Shown: positions 42,504 to 51,903 of the stretch, in pieces
Layout of the letters: each line of letters starts with the position of its first letter
How positions within the stretch are numbered: position 1 is the stretch's first letter
Origin: an uncultured Thermoleophilia bacterium
GTDB lineage: Bacteria > Actinomycetota > Thermoleophilia > Gaiellales > Gaiellaceae
DNA length: 64,000 nt
Assembly (NCBI GenBank): GCA_963823265.1
Contig: CAWGLA010000011.1
Location: 57,877-121,876 of the forward strand
Direction of reading: 5' to 3'
Made by a program: the position numbers and the translations under genes
The notes under the pieces: model-generated
The model's input: only the letters and a program-made list of their open reading frames with translations
Databases searched by the model: none
Told to the model about the DNA's origin: nothing

Positions 42504-44141
42504 TTATGTCCGAGGCTCGAACGCCAGTGCGGTGGCGGTCAGCCAGGAAGCGGCGATGAGCGGGAGGACCGCCGCAGCCGGGGCGAGCAGGGCCGTGCCG
42601 GCAAGCAGGGCGGCGCCGAAGATCGCGGCGGGCCACGGTCCGCGCCGGCGGGCCTGCGGCAGGAGCGCCGCGGCAGCGCCGAGCACGAGCGCCTCGCCGA
42701 CGAGGACGGGATGGGCCGCGAGCTGCGACCAGAGTGCATGCGCGACGGCGCTCGGACGGCCCGAACCGGCGATCCCGAGCCCGAGCGGCGGCGTCGACCC
42801 GTCGAAGGGAACCGAGGCATGTCGCAGGCCGGCGATGAGCGCGGCGAGGAGCACTGCGCAGCCGGCCTGAGCCGCCCGGCGCGCCCGGCCCCGTGCGAAC
42901 TGGGCGGCCAGGGGCAGCAGTGCGAGCGCGGCCACGGGGGCGAGGAGCGGCCCGGCGGCCAGGAGCAGCCCGGCGCGCGCGTCCCGCCAGCTCAGGGCGA
43001 GCCAGGCGGCGGCGATCGCGGCGTAGACCAGTGCCAGGCCCAGCGAGATGTTCGCGAGCGGGAAGAACGCGATGGTGAGCGCGTAGAGGAGGCCGAGACG
43101 CGGGGCGGCGAAGCCGAGCGCCGCTCCCATCGCGGCGATCCCGAGCGGCCAGCCGGCCGGATAGAAGGGCAACGTGGCCGCGACCCAGCCCGAGGCGACA
43201 CCGGTCAGTGCGCCGGGGACGAGCCGCTCCGAGGCGACGGTGCCGAGCGACCGCGGTGGCCCGGACGGCTTCGAGCCGCCCTGCTTCGAGCGGCCCTGCT
43301 TCGAGCGGTGGCGCTTCGGCAGCGAGCGGAGCTCCTGCGCCAGGCGCTCGGCCGTCGGGCGGCGCTGTGGGTTGACGACGAGGGCGCTGCCGACGGTCTC
43401 CAGCACGTGCCCCGGCAGATCGGGACGCAGGCGGGCAAGGGGGTCGGCGCCGTGCTGGATGCGCCGCGACGTCTCCGCCATGTCGCCCCCCCAGAACGGA
43501 TGCTCACCGGCGAGCGCCTCCCAGAGGAGCACGCCGACGCCCCACACGTCGGCCGCAGTGGTGGCCGTCAGGCCCTGCAGCCGCTCCGGCGAGATATAGG
43601 CGAGGGTGCCCGGGATGTCGCCGAGCGCGGTCAGCGTGTCGAACTCCGCCATCTGCGCGAGGCCGAAGTCGAGGAGACGCACGTCGACCGTGTCCGGCTC
43701 CGCATCCAGGTGCTGGGCCAGCAGGACGTTCGACGGCTTGACGTCCCGGTGGACGATCCCTTTCGCATGGGCGTGCGCGAGCGCTTCCGAGATCTGCGCC
43801 GCGACTTCGATCGCGGCCCGGTCGTCGAGCTCGCCGGCCCGCATCGCCTCCCGCAGCGTGCGCCCGGGGATGTACTCGTAGGTGATGTAGACGTGCGACG
43901 GGTCGCGGGCCAGCGAGAGGATTCGCTGGCAGCGCGGATGGCGCAGCGAGGCGGCGGCGCGGGCCTCGCGCTCGGCCCGGTGGCCGGACTTGCCCTCGCG
44001 GGCGACGATCTTCAGGGCGACGTCGAGACCGCTCCGTTCGTCGCGGGCGAGCCAAACATGGCCCATGCCCCCGGCGCCGAGAGGCCGAAGCGGCCGATAG
44101 CGGCCAAGGAAGAGGTCGTGTTCGAGCGTGGCCGAAGACAC
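42504..44141 (-). CDS. Ser/Thr protein kinase fused to a polytopic C-terminal membrane domain
   Basis: The kinase motifs GAGGMGHVWLA, VALK, HRDVKPSNVLL, DFGLA and SPER are present. After a basic linker, about 240 aa of Ala/Leu/Gly-rich predicted TM helices follow. Confidence 0.85.
   Translation of the reverse strand: MSSATLEHDLFLGRYRPLRPLGAGGMGHVWLARDERSGLDVALKIVAREGKSGHRAEREARAAASLRHPRCQRILSLARDPSHVYITYEYIPGRTLREAMRAGELDDRAAIEVAAQISEALAHAHAKGIVHRDVKPSNVLLAQHLDAEPDTVDVRLLDFGLAQMAEFDTLTALGDIPGTLAYISPERLQGLTATTAADVWGVGVLLWEALAGEHPFWGGDMAETSRRIQHGADPLARLRPDLPGHVLETVGSALVVNPQRRPTAERLAQELRSLPKRHRSKQGRSKQGGSKPSGPPRSLGTVASERLVPGALTGVASGWVAATLPFYPAGWPLGIAAMGAALGFAAPRLGLLYALTIAFFPLANISLGLALVYAAIAAAWLALSWRDARAGLLLAAGPLLAPVAALALLPLAAQFARGRARRAAQAGCAVLLAALIAGLRHASVPFDGSTPPLGLGIAGSGRPSAVAHALWSQLAAHPVLVGEALVLGAAAALLPQARRRGPWPAAIFGAALLAGTALLAPAAAVLPLIAASWLTATALAFEPRT
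43269..43313. repeat. 3 x 15-bp imperfect tandem repeat in the kinase linker (encodes RSKQG repeats)
   Basis: The units are cttcgagccgccctg, cttcgagcggccctg and cttcgagcggtggcg. Confidence 0.4.
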
Positions 44142-44212
44142 GATGCGTTTCTACGGTGCTGCCAGGACATTTCCTTTGCGGAGCGAACGAACGCGGTAGA
44201 TTCGGCCTGCAT

Positions 44213-45361
44213 ATGGACCCCCGCGACGACGACATCGACTTCGACTTCTTCGAAGACGAGGCTGCGACGACCGAGCAGGCCTCGCCGCAGAGCCGCGTCC
44301 GCCTGCCTCGCCGCGGGGGGCGCGGGACGGGCATGCGCCGCCCTGCCGGGCCGCCTCGTGGGCTGACGCCGCTCCTGCGGTTGCTGGCGCTGGTCGCACT
44401 CGTCGTCGCGGTGCTCGTGTTCTTCGGGCTGGTGCTCCAGTCGTGCGCGGCGACGTCCAAGCACGACCGCTACCAGCACTACATGACGCAGGTCTCGACG
44501 ATCGCCCACAGCTCGCAGGACGACGGTGCGGCCGTCGCAGATGCGTTGACCACGCCCGGCACGAAGGTCAGCAGCCTGACGACGAAGCTCGCGGGGATCG
44601 CCGAGCAGGAGCGGCAGAACGTCGCCGCCGCGCAGCGCCTGAATCCGCCCGGCCCGCTGCGCGACGAGAACCGCGCGATCATCCAGGCGCTGCAGCTCCG
44701 CGTCAGCGGCGTGGCGGGGCTCGCGACGACCTTCGCGACCACGGCGACCTCCAAGTCGGCCGGGGACGCCGCCATCCTCGCCTCGCAGGCGGAGCGGCTG
44801 CTCGCGAGTGACGTCGTCTGGGACGACTTCTTCAGGATCCCCTCGACCGCGGTGATGAAGGAGAAGGGCGTCAGCGGCGTCGTTGCTCCCGATTCCAACT
44901 TCGTCTCCAACCAGGACTTCATCACCGAGCACTCCATGGGCCTCGTGCTGCAGCGGCTCCGCGGCGCATCGACCGGTGGCACGCCCACCGGTGTGCACGG
45001 CACGAACATCGTCTCCACGAAGGCGAACCCTGGCGGACAGGTGCTGTCCGAGACGAACGAGAACACCGTCACCGCCAGCACCGACCTCGCCTTCGTCGTC
45101 ACGGTCCACGACGGCGGCAATTCACAGGAGGTCGGGATCAAGGTGACACTGACGATCGACAAGTCCGCCGGCTCGATCGTGAAGACGAAGACGATCCCGG
45201 TGATCAACCCCGGACAGGAGACGACGGTCACCTTCTCGGATCTCGGCAGCGTGCCGTTTGCGCGCAAGACGTTCGTCCACGTCGACGTCGCGCGGGTCCC
45301 GTCGGAGTCGGACCCGACGAACAACAAGGCGAGCTACCCGGTCATCTTCTCGCTCGGCTAG
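44213..45361 (+). CDS. membrane-anchored hypothetical protein with C-terminal CARDB-like domain
   Basis: MDPRDDDIDFDFFEDE... has an acidic N-terminus and a TM (LLRLLALVALVVAVLVFFGLVL). The C-terminus reads ...VTLTIDKSAGSIVKTKTIPVINPGQETTVTF...ESDPTNNKASYPV. Confidence 0.6.
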   Translation: MDPRDDDIDFDFFEDEAATTEQASPQSRVRLPRRGGRGTGMRRPAGPPRGLTPLLRLLALVALVVAVLVFFGLVLQSCAATSKHDRYQHYMTQVSTIAHSSQDDGAAVADALTTPGTKVSSLTTKLAGIAEQERQNVAAAQRLNPPGPLRDENRAIIQALQLRVSGVAGLATTFATTATSKSAGDAAILASQAERLLASDVVWDDFFRIPSTAVMKEKGVSGVVAPDSNFVSNQDFITEHSMGLVLQRLRGASTGGTPTGVHGTNIVSTKANPGGQVLSETNENTVTASTDLAFVVTVHDGGNSQEVGIKVTLTIDKSAGSIVKTKTIPVINPGQETTVTFSDLGSVPFARKTFVHVDVARVPSESDPTNNKASYPVIFSLG

Positions 45362-45380
45362 ATCGGCTAGCCTCGGCGTC

Positions 45381-45863
45381 GTGCACGTCACGGCGACAAC
45401 TGCGCTGATCGTCGGCCTCGTCGGCGTCGGGGTCGGCCTGGTCGGCGTCGGGCTCGCCTGGTGGGCCTCGATCAGGGTGCGGCGCGTGCGCGAGGCACAG
45501 CGGTCGCTGCTCGGCGGGGGCCGCAAGGACCTCGTCGACTTCGCCGTCTCGCTCCAGGGCCGCATCGACGATCTCCACCGCGCGGTCGACGAGGTCGCTG
45601 CGGGGCTCGCGCGCGTCGACCGCCGCATCGACGGCACGGTCACCAACATGTCGATCGTCCGCTACGACGCGTACGAGGACACGGGCGGACACCAGTCGGC
45701 GTCGCTCGCGCTCCTCGACTCGGCGCGGACCGGCCTGATCGTCACCGCGATCCAGGGGCGCGACTACGCCCGGATCTACATGAAGGAGATCGAGCGGGGC
45801 CGTGCCTCGATCGCTCTCTCGCCCGAGGAGCGAGAGGCCGTCGAACGGGCCATGGGCCGCTGA
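45381..45863 (+). CDS. DUF4446-family protein
   Basis: GTG start. There is an N-terminal TM, then ...MSIVRYDAYEDTGGHQSASLALLDSARTGLIVTAIQGRDYARIYMKEI... The family call is from memory. Confidence 0.65.
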   Translation: MHVTATTALIVGLVGVGVGLVGVGLAWWASIRVRRVREAQRSLLGGGRKDLVDFAVSLQGRIDDLHRAVDEVAAGLARVDRRIDGTVTNMSIVRYDAYEDTGGHQSASLALLDSARTGLIVTAIQGRDYARIYMKEIERGRASIALSPEEREAVERAMGR

Positions 45864-45951
45864 CGCACTCGGGCGGCGGCACGCTCCCGCCGGGCGGAGC
45901 CCGGTCGCGCGGCCCTTGCACGCCCGGGTAGTTGGGTACATTGCGCCCAGG

Positions 45952-46470
45952 GTGCAGCAAGTACTCGTCCTCAACGCGAGTTACGAGCCGCTGAACGTGT
46001 GCTCTCTGCGCCGCGCGCACGTACTGGTCTTCAAGGGCAAGGCAGAGCTGGTCGAGGAGCTCGATCGACCACTCCGCTCGGCCACCGACACCTTCCGGTG
46101 GCCACACGTGATTCGCCTCGTCCACTACGTGCGCGTCCCACGCATCGTCCAACGCAAGATCTCGCGCCGGGCGCTCTTCGCCCGTGACGGCTGGCGGTGT
46201 GTCTACTGCGGCACCGCGGGTGGCCGGCTGACGCTCGACCACGTGATTCCGCGCTCGAAGGGCGGCGACTCGACGTGGGAGAACGTCGTCACCTCGTGCG
46301 CGCCCTGCAACCTGCGCAAGGGAAACCGGCTGCCGCACGAGGTGCAGATGGAGCTGCCCGCGCGCCCGCGGCCGCCCGCGCCCGTGCTCTTCATCAGGCT
46401 CGCGACGCCGAAGATCCCGCAGCGGTGGGAGCAGTACCTCGGTCCGTTCGCGACCGCGACCGCCGCGTAG
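45952..46470 (+). CDS. HNH endonuclease-family protein
   Basis: ...RDGWRCVYCGTAGGRLTLDHVIPRSKGGDSTWENVVTSCAPCNLRKGN... is an HNH motif with Cys pairs. Confidence 0.8.
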   Translation: MQQVLVLNASYEPLNVCSLRRAHVLVFKGKAELVEELDRPLRSATDTFRWPHVIRLVHYVRVPRIVQRKISRRALFARDGWRCVYCGTAGGRLTLDHVIPRSKGGDSTWENVVTSCAPCNLRKGNRLPHEVQMELPARPRPPAPVLFIRLATPKIPQRWEQYLGPFATATAA

Positions 46471-46480
46471 CCCCTTGCAG

Positions 46481-47185
46481 CTAGGTCGAGCGCTCGACCG
46501 GTAACTGCGGATTCTGCTCCCACTCCGACCACGAGCCCGGGTAGAGGCGGCCGGCGCGGCCGGCGAGGTGGAGACGGTGCAGGGTGACGCACGCCGTGAC
46601 GCCCGACCCGCAGTACGCGACGACCTCTCCCGCAGGGAGGAATGGTCCCTCGCTCTCGTTCCACGGCGCGTTCAACGCGCCCGGGATCCGGCCGGGCACA
46701 CGGTCGATCGCGTTGGTCTCGCCCCGCCAACGGGGCGGGACACGCGCGTCGACGACGACCAGCTCGTCGAGCCGTCCCGCGAGCTCGTGACGGTCGATCG
46801 TGTCGTCCGTGCGCTCGAGCGCCGTGAGCACCTCCGGCTCGGCCGTCTCCTCGCCGGTGCGGAGCGGCCCGCGCCAGGCGTCGAGCTCGAGCACCGCGCA
46901 GTCCTCGTGGCCGAAGTGGCGCAGGAGCCACCACAGCCGCTCGGCGCCGCCGAGGGTGCCGTACGCGACGACGAACGTGTCGTCGCCGATCCCCGCCCGC
47001 CCTGCGGCGGCCGCGAACTGGGCACGGCCTGGAAGCGGATGGCGGCCGGCAGGTCCCGGTGTCGCGGAGAGGTCCTGTTCGACGTCGAGAAACATTGCCC
47101 CCGGGATGTGGCCTTCGCGGTAGGCGCGCCGCCCGGCCTCCGGGTCGTCGAGCGACCAGCGGCAATCGACGAAGCAGTAGCGCAT
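46481..47185 (-). CDS. rhodanese-domain sulfurtransferase (SseA/3-mercaptopyruvate type)
   Basis: There are two rhodanese domains and the active-site loop AYCGSGVTA. The start at MRYCFVDCRW was chosen within track ORF 46481..47494. Confidence 0.85.
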   Translation of the reverse strand: MRYCFVDCRWSLDDPEAGRRAYREGHIPGAMFLDVEQDLSATPGPAGRHPLPGRAQFAAAAGRAGIGDDTFVVAYGTLGGAERLWWLLRHFGHEDCAVLELDAWRGPLRTGEETAEPEVLTALERTDDTIDRHELAGRLDELVVVDARVPPRWRGETNAIDRVPGRIPGALNAPWNESEGPFLPAGEVVAYCGSGVTACVTLHRLHLAGRAGRLYPGSWSEWEQNPQLPVERST

Positions 47186-47222
47186 GTGTGACAGGAAAGC
47201 AGAGCGGCGGCGTAGCAGGTGC

Positions 47223-47918
47223 ATGAGACGCCTATTGACACTCACACTCGCCGCGACCGCTCTCGTCGCAGTCGCGGCCTTCGCCGGAGTCGGCCGGCCC
47301 GAAGCGGCGCGCGGTGACGTTGCGTCGCCCGACACGGTGACGACGACCGGGCACGGCGTCGTCACGCTGGTGCCCGACGAGGCGTCGGTCTCGGCCGGCG
47401 TGCACACCCAGGCCGCCTCTGCGGCCGCGGCTCTCGCGCAGAACGCGAAGCTGATGGGCTCCGTCATCGACGCCCTCGAGGCTGCGGGCGGCACGGAGCT
47501 GCAGACCCAGCAGGTCTCGCTCTATCCGCAGACGAACGACCAGAACCAGGTGACCGCGTACGTCGCGGACAACTCCGTCTCGGCGAAGACGAAGATCGCC
47601 GGAACGGGTGCGCTGATCGATGCGGCTGTCGCGGCAGGCGCGAACACCGTCAACGGCCCGACGCTCGACGTCTCGGATCGTGATGCGCGCTACCGCGACG
47701 CGCTCGGCAAGGCGGTCGAGGACGCCCGTGCGAAGGCCGCTGCGCTCGCCAGGGCGGGTGGGTTCGGCGTCGGCCAGGTCTCGTCGGTGACCGAGCAGGC
47801 GGCGAGCGCCCCGGTGCCGGTCTACGAGGCCGCTGCCGCCAAGAGCGACGCGACGCCGATCGAGCCCGGCACGCAGGACGTCACCGCGGATGTGACCGTC
47901 ACCTTCCGGATCAACTGA
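47223..47918 (+). CDS. SIMPL/DUF541-family secreted protein
   Basis: The signal peptide is MRRLLTLTLAATALVAVAAFA. Then ...VTTTGHGVVTLVPDEASVSAGV...PIEPGTQDVTADVTVTFRI. Confidence 0.75.
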   Translation: MRRLLTLTLAATALVAVAAFAGVGRPEAARGDVASPDTVTTTGHGVVTLVPDEASVSAGVHTQAASAAAALAQNAKLMGSVIDALEAAGGTELQTQQVSLYPQTNDQNQVTAYVADNSVSAKTKIAGTGALIDAAVAAGANTVNGPTLDVSDRDARYRDALGKAVEDARAKAAALARAGGFGVGQVSSVTEQAASAPVPVYEAAAAKSDATPIEPGTQDVTADVTVTFRIN

Positions 47919-48054
47919 CCCGGAGCTGCAGGCGCAGGGGCCGCTCGCAGCGGGCGCAAACGCTGCGAGCGGCACCCTTGCGCTCTGCGATGTGCACCGG
48001 CAGCGGCTTCTCGCACGTGCACCACAACGGCGTCGGTTCGACTGGGCGGCTCAT
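47911..48054 (-). CDS. small Cys-rich (zinc-ribbon-like) hypothetical protein, not in the ORF track
   Basis: The RBS GAAAGGGAG precedes the ATG. The product is MSRPVEPTPLWCTCEKPLPVHIAERKGAARSVCARCERPLRLQLRVS (CxC...CxxC). It overlaps the convergent SIMPL stop by 8 nt. Confidence 0.4.
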   Translation of the reverse strand: MSRPVEPTPLWCTCEKPLPVHIAERKGAARSVCARCERPLRLQLRVS

Positions 48055-48068
48055 GGCCCACTCCCTTT

Positions 48069-48149
48069 CTTCAACGTGGGTCCCGCGAGGGAAAGGAGCT
48101 AGCCGGCGACGGCGGGGTGGACGAAAGCGCCGGCTAGCACACGTTGAAG
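48069..48149. repeat. nested perfect inverted repeats (10-bp outer, 11-bp inner stem)
   Basis: The outer stem pairs CTTCAACGTG (48069-48078) with CACGTTGAAG (48140-48149). The inner stem pairs GCTAGCCGGCG (48098-48108) with CGCCGGCTAGC (48128-48138). The element lies about 100 nt downstream of the glnII stop. Confidence 0.4.
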
Positions 48150-48252
48150 CGCGCGACGATGGTCGCCGTGAGGGCGACTTGCTTGGCGAACATCGTCGAC
48201 GGCGTAACGGGCATGTCTGTTCAGTATGCGAGCACTGTCAAATCCGGACGAG

Positions 48253-49317
48253 CTACGCCGCGACCTCCTCCGCCACTCGCTCGGAGGCGTCCACCGCATC
48301 CTCGGTGGGCACCGTCTCGATCGTCTGCAGGATGCGGCCGGCGATCCGGTACGGGTCGCCCAGCGAGTTCGGGCGGCGATCCTCGAGGTAGCCGCGATAG
48401 CCGTTTCCGACGAAGCTGTGCGGGATGCGGATCGAGGCGCCGCGGTTCGCGACCCCGAAGGTGAACTCGTCCATGGCCGCCGTCTCGTGCAGCCCCGTCA
48501 GCCGCATGTGGTTGTCGGGGCCGTAGACCGCGATGTGATCGTCCTTGACCTCGTCGAACGCCGCCATCAGCGCCTCGAAGTACTCCTCCCCGCCGACCTC
48601 GCGGAGGTACTTCGTCGAGAAGTTCGTGTGCATCCCCGAGCCGTTCCAGTCGTGCTCGATGCCGAGCGGCTTGGGATGGAAGTTCACGTCGACGCGGTAG
48701 CGCTCGCAGAGACGCAGCAAGAGGTACCGGGCGAGCCAGACCTCGTCGGCGGCCCGCTTCGAGCCCTTCCCGAAGATCTGGAACTCCCACTGGCCCTTGG
48801 CCACCTCGGCGTTGATGCCCTCGAGGTTGATGCCGGCCTCCAGGCACAGGTCGATGTGGGCGTCCACGATCTCGCGGGCGACGTCGCCGACGTTCTTGTA
48901 CCCGACGCCGGTGTAGTACTCGCCCTGCGGGGCGGGGAACCCCTCGCGGGGGAAACCGAGCGGAACGCCGTCCTGGTAGAGGAAGTACTCCTGCTCGAAG
49001 CCGAACCAGGTGCCCGGATCGTCCGGGATCGTGGCACGGCTGTTCGAGGGGTGCGCTGTCCCGTCGGGGAGCAGCACCTCGCACATCACGAGCAGCCCGC
49101 TCCGGCGGGCCGGGTCCGGGAAGACGGCGACCGGCTGGAGGACGCAGTCCGAGTTCGAGCCTTCCGCCTGGCGGGTCGAGCTGCCGTCGAAGTTCCAGAC
49201 GGGCAGCTCCTCGAGCACCGGCTCGCCGTCGAACTCCACGATCTTCGTCTTGCTGCGGAGGTTCGGGACGGGCTCGTAGCCGTCGAGCCAGATGTATTCG
49301 AGCTTGTACTTGGACAT
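48253..49317 (-). CDS. glnII: glutamine synthetase type II (eukaryote-like GSII)
   Basis: 354 aa. MSKYKLEYIWLDG...NFDGSSTRQAEGSNSD...GFEQEYFL...YYTGVG...GINAEVAKGQWEFQI...NGSGMHTNFS...ANRGASIRIP...YLEDRRP. Confidence 0.9.
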   Translation of the reverse strand: MSKYKLEYIWLDGYEPVPNLRSKTKIVEFDGEPVLEELPVWNFDGSSTRQAEGSNSDCVLQPVAVFPDPARRSGLLVMCEVLLPDGTAHPSNSRATIPDDPGTWFGFEQEYFLYQDGVPLGFPREGFPAPQGEYYTGVGYKNVGDVAREIVDAHIDLCLEAGINLEGINAEVAKGQWEFQIFGKGSKRAADEVWLARYLLLRLCERYRVDVNFHPKPLGIEHDWNGSGMHTNFSTKYLREVGGEEYFEALMAAFDEVKDDHIAVYGPDNHMRLTGLHETAAMDEFTFGVANRGASIRIPHSFVGNGYRGYLEDRRPNSLGDPYRIAGRILQTIETVPTEDAVDASERVAEEVAA

Positions 49318-49349
49318 CCCTTCACTCCTTGTCTTCGTGGTCGAGAACG

Positions 49350-49385
49350 AAAAAAGGCCCCGCCACTCCTAGGAGTGACGAGGCC
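49350..49385 (-). terminator. intrinsic terminator after czcD
   Basis: On the minus-strand RNA, GGCCUCGUCACUCC ua GGAGUGGCGGGGCC is followed by UUUUUU. It ends about 30 nt upstream of the glnII ATG. Confidence 0.6.
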
Positions 49386-49432
49386 TCGTTGCCTCCGCGC
49401 GCACCGGCTTCGGCGCTGCACGTAGCGGCAAT

Positions 49433-50362
49433 CTAGCGGTCCGTGCGGCTGTTTCGCAAGGGCTCGATCGAGAGCAGGCGGTCGGACGTGTGCTCGACCT
49501 GCAGCGTCGTGTGCTCGATCGCGTACCGGTCGGCGAGCGCGCGTTCGAGCTCACGGCGGATGCGGTGGCAGTCCTCGCCCCGCTCGACGAGAACGTGGGC
49601 CGACAGCGCCGGGAACCCCGAGCTGATCTGCCACACGTGCAGATCGTGGACGTCGGTGACGCCCGTGTGCGACCGCAGCAGCGTTGCGACCTCGCCGGGG
49701 TCGACCCCCTCGGGCGCTGCCTCGAGCAGCACGCGCCCCGACGCCCGCAGGAGCGGCCAGGCCGCGGCGAGCATCGATGCAGCAACCGCGAGGGACGCGA
49801 TCGGGTCGGCTCGCTCGAAGCCGGTCGTCCAGACGACGATGCCGGCCAGGGCGGTGCCCGCGAACGCGTAGAGGTCGGTCAGGAGATGGCGGTAGCTGCC
49901 CTCGACATTGAGGTTGGCGCGGTTCGCGCGCGCCACCTCACGAAGAGCGACGATGTTCACGAGCGCGCCGACGACCGCCGTCGCGACGACGATCGGCGCC
50001 CGGACGTCGGGCGGGTCGATCAGGCGGCGCACTCCCTCGGCGACGATCAGCAGGCCGAGGACGAGCAGGGTCGCCCCGTTCGTCTGCGCGGAGAGGATCT
50101 CGGCGCGCCGGAACCCGAAGGTCAGCCCGCCGCCGGGCGGCCGCAGCGCCAGGCGCGCCGCCCAGACGCTCAGGCCGAGCGCGGCGGCATCGACGAGCAT
50201 GTGCGCGGCGTCCGAGAGCAGGGCGAGCGAGTCGGCGACGATGCCCAGGACGACCTCGGCGGCCATGAACGCGAGGATCAGAGCCAGCGCGATCGCGAGC
50301 GGCCGGGCGTCGGTGTCGGCCCCCACACCGTGGTCGTGACCGTGGTGGTGCGCCATCGTCAT
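49433..50362 (-). CDS. czcD: cation diffusion facilitator (CzcD/ZitB-like) transporter
   Basis: MTMAHHHGHDHG...LSDAAHMLVDAAAL...HLLTDLYAF...DVHDLHVWQISSG... Confidence 0.88.
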   Translation of the reverse strand: MTMAHHHGHDHGVGADTDARPLAIALALILAFMAAEVVLGIVADSLALLSDAAHMLVDAAALGLSVWAARLALRPPGGGLTFGFRRAEILSAQTNGATLLVLGLLIVAEGVRRLIDPPDVRAPIVVATAVVGALVNIVALREVARANRANLNVEGSYRHLLTDLYAFAGTALAGIVVWTTGFERADPIASLAVAASMLAAAWPLLRASGRVLLEAAPEGVDPGEVATLLRSHTGVTDVHDLHVWQISSGFPALSAHVLVERGEDCHRIRRELERALADRYAIEHTTLQVEHTSDRLLSIEPLRNSRTDR

Positions 50363-50450
50363 AGTCTTACCGTCATGGACGGTACGAGGCGTAGGCTCGA
50401 CGGAGCCGAGGAAGGAGCGAAGGTGCCGGCTCGGCCGGCGCCGTAGCGGG

Positions 50451-50924
50451 ATGGATGGCGTTGTCTTCGTGGAGATCCCGAGCGGCTCGCGGAACAAGTA
50501 CGAGTGGGACGAGGAGCTTGGCGGGATCACGCTCGACCGGCGGCTCTTCACGTCGATGAGCTACCCCGCGGACTACGGGTTCGTCGAAGGGACGCTCGCC
50601 GAGGACGGCGACCCGCTCGACGCGCTCGTGCTCGTCGGCGAGCCGACGTTCCCCGGCTGCCGCATGCGAGTCCGCGCCGTCGGCGTCTTCCACATGGCCG
50701 ACGAGAAGGGGCCCGACGAGAAGCTGATCTGCGTGCCGCTGAACGACCCGTCATGGAGCGCCATCTCCGACATCCACGACGTCCCTGCCCAGCTCCGCAA
50801 CGAGATCGAGCATTTCTTCCAGGTCTACAAGGACCTCGAGGAGGGGAACACCGAGACGAGCGGCTTCGGGAACCGCACCGAGGCGCAGGCGATCATCGAG
50901 GCCTGCCGCCGGCGCGCGGGCTGA
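50451..50924 (+). CDS. ppa: inorganic pyrophosphatase (family I)
   Basis: ...VFVEIPSGSRNKYEWDEE...YPADYGFVEGTLAEDGDPLDALVL...DEKGPDEKLI... Confidence 0.92.
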   Translation: MDGVVFVEIPSGSRNKYEWDEELGGITLDRRLFTSMSYPADYGFVEGTLAEDGDPLDALVLVGEPTFPGCRMRVRAVGVFHMADEKGPDEKLICVPLNDPSWSAISDIHDVPAQLRNEIEHFFQVYKDLEEGNTETSGFGNRTEAQAIIEACRRRAG

Positions 50925-51089
50925 TCGCTGAAATTACGGTATCTCATTTGCGGTCGTGGGCAACTTCGCCTAACCTTGCCCGCAGCCATGTCCGGGATCA
51001 CCAACGCAGACGTCACACGCCGCCGCTTCTAGCGGCGTCAGTGCGTCTCCGTTCGGTTCTTCTCCTCCCGCGATCCCAAGGAGCATGGC

Positions 51090-51903
51090 TTGTCTTCTTC
51101 ATCCGCAGTCGTCGTACGTGATCTTTCCAAGGCGTTCAAGCGCCGCAAAGGCGTGCACCGGCGCAGTCGCGCCGCGCTGAGCCACGTCAGCTTCTCGATG
51201 GAGCGCGGCGAATGCGTCGCGATCCTCGGCCAGAACGGCTCCGGAAAGTCGACGCTCGTGCGCCTGCTCTCGACGCTGCTCCTGCAGGACGGTGGGACGG
51301 CGCACGTCTTCGGCCATGACGTGTTCAAAGAGCCGCGCAAGGTGCAGCGGCTCGTCAACCGGGTCTCCGTCGAGGCGAGCTTCTTCAAGAAGATGAGCGC
51401 GGCCGAGAACCTCGCCTACGCTGCCCGGTTCTACGGCATGGGCCCGCGCGAGACGCACACGAAGATCCCGGTGATCCTGGAGCGGGTCGGCTTTCCCTCG
51501 TCGCGCCGCGGCGAGCCGATGGAGAACCTGTCCCGCGGGATGCAGCAGAAGGTCGCACTCGCGCGGGCGCTGCTCACCTCGCCGGTGCTGCTGCTGCTCG
51601 ACGAGCCGACGACCGGGCCTCGACCCACGCTCGAAGCAGGAGGTGCAGACGTTCATCCGCGAGATCCGGCAGCAGCACGACTCGACGATCCTCCTCTGCA
51701 CGCACGACATGAACGAGGCCGAGGAGCTCGCCGACCGGATCGGCCTGCTCGACCGCGGCGAGCTCCTGTTCATCGAACCGGTGGCCGACGTGAAGGAGCG
51801 GTACGGCGTCGACACGCTCGAAGAGGCGTTCTTCGTCGCGACCGGCCGCACGTTCGAGGACGAGAAGACGGAAGACGACGAAGAGAGAGAGGTATTTGCG
51901 TAA
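51090..51903 (+). pseudogene. ABC transporter ATP-binding protein (ABC-2 exporter type), single frameshift
   Basis: Walker A is GQNGSGKST and the signature is LSRGMQQKVALA. Walker B LLLLDEPTTG is followed by a frame switch at the GGG run 51615-51617, and the protein continues LDPRSKQEVQTFIREIR...LLCTHDMNEAEEL. The length is 3n+1. Confidence 0.8.
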
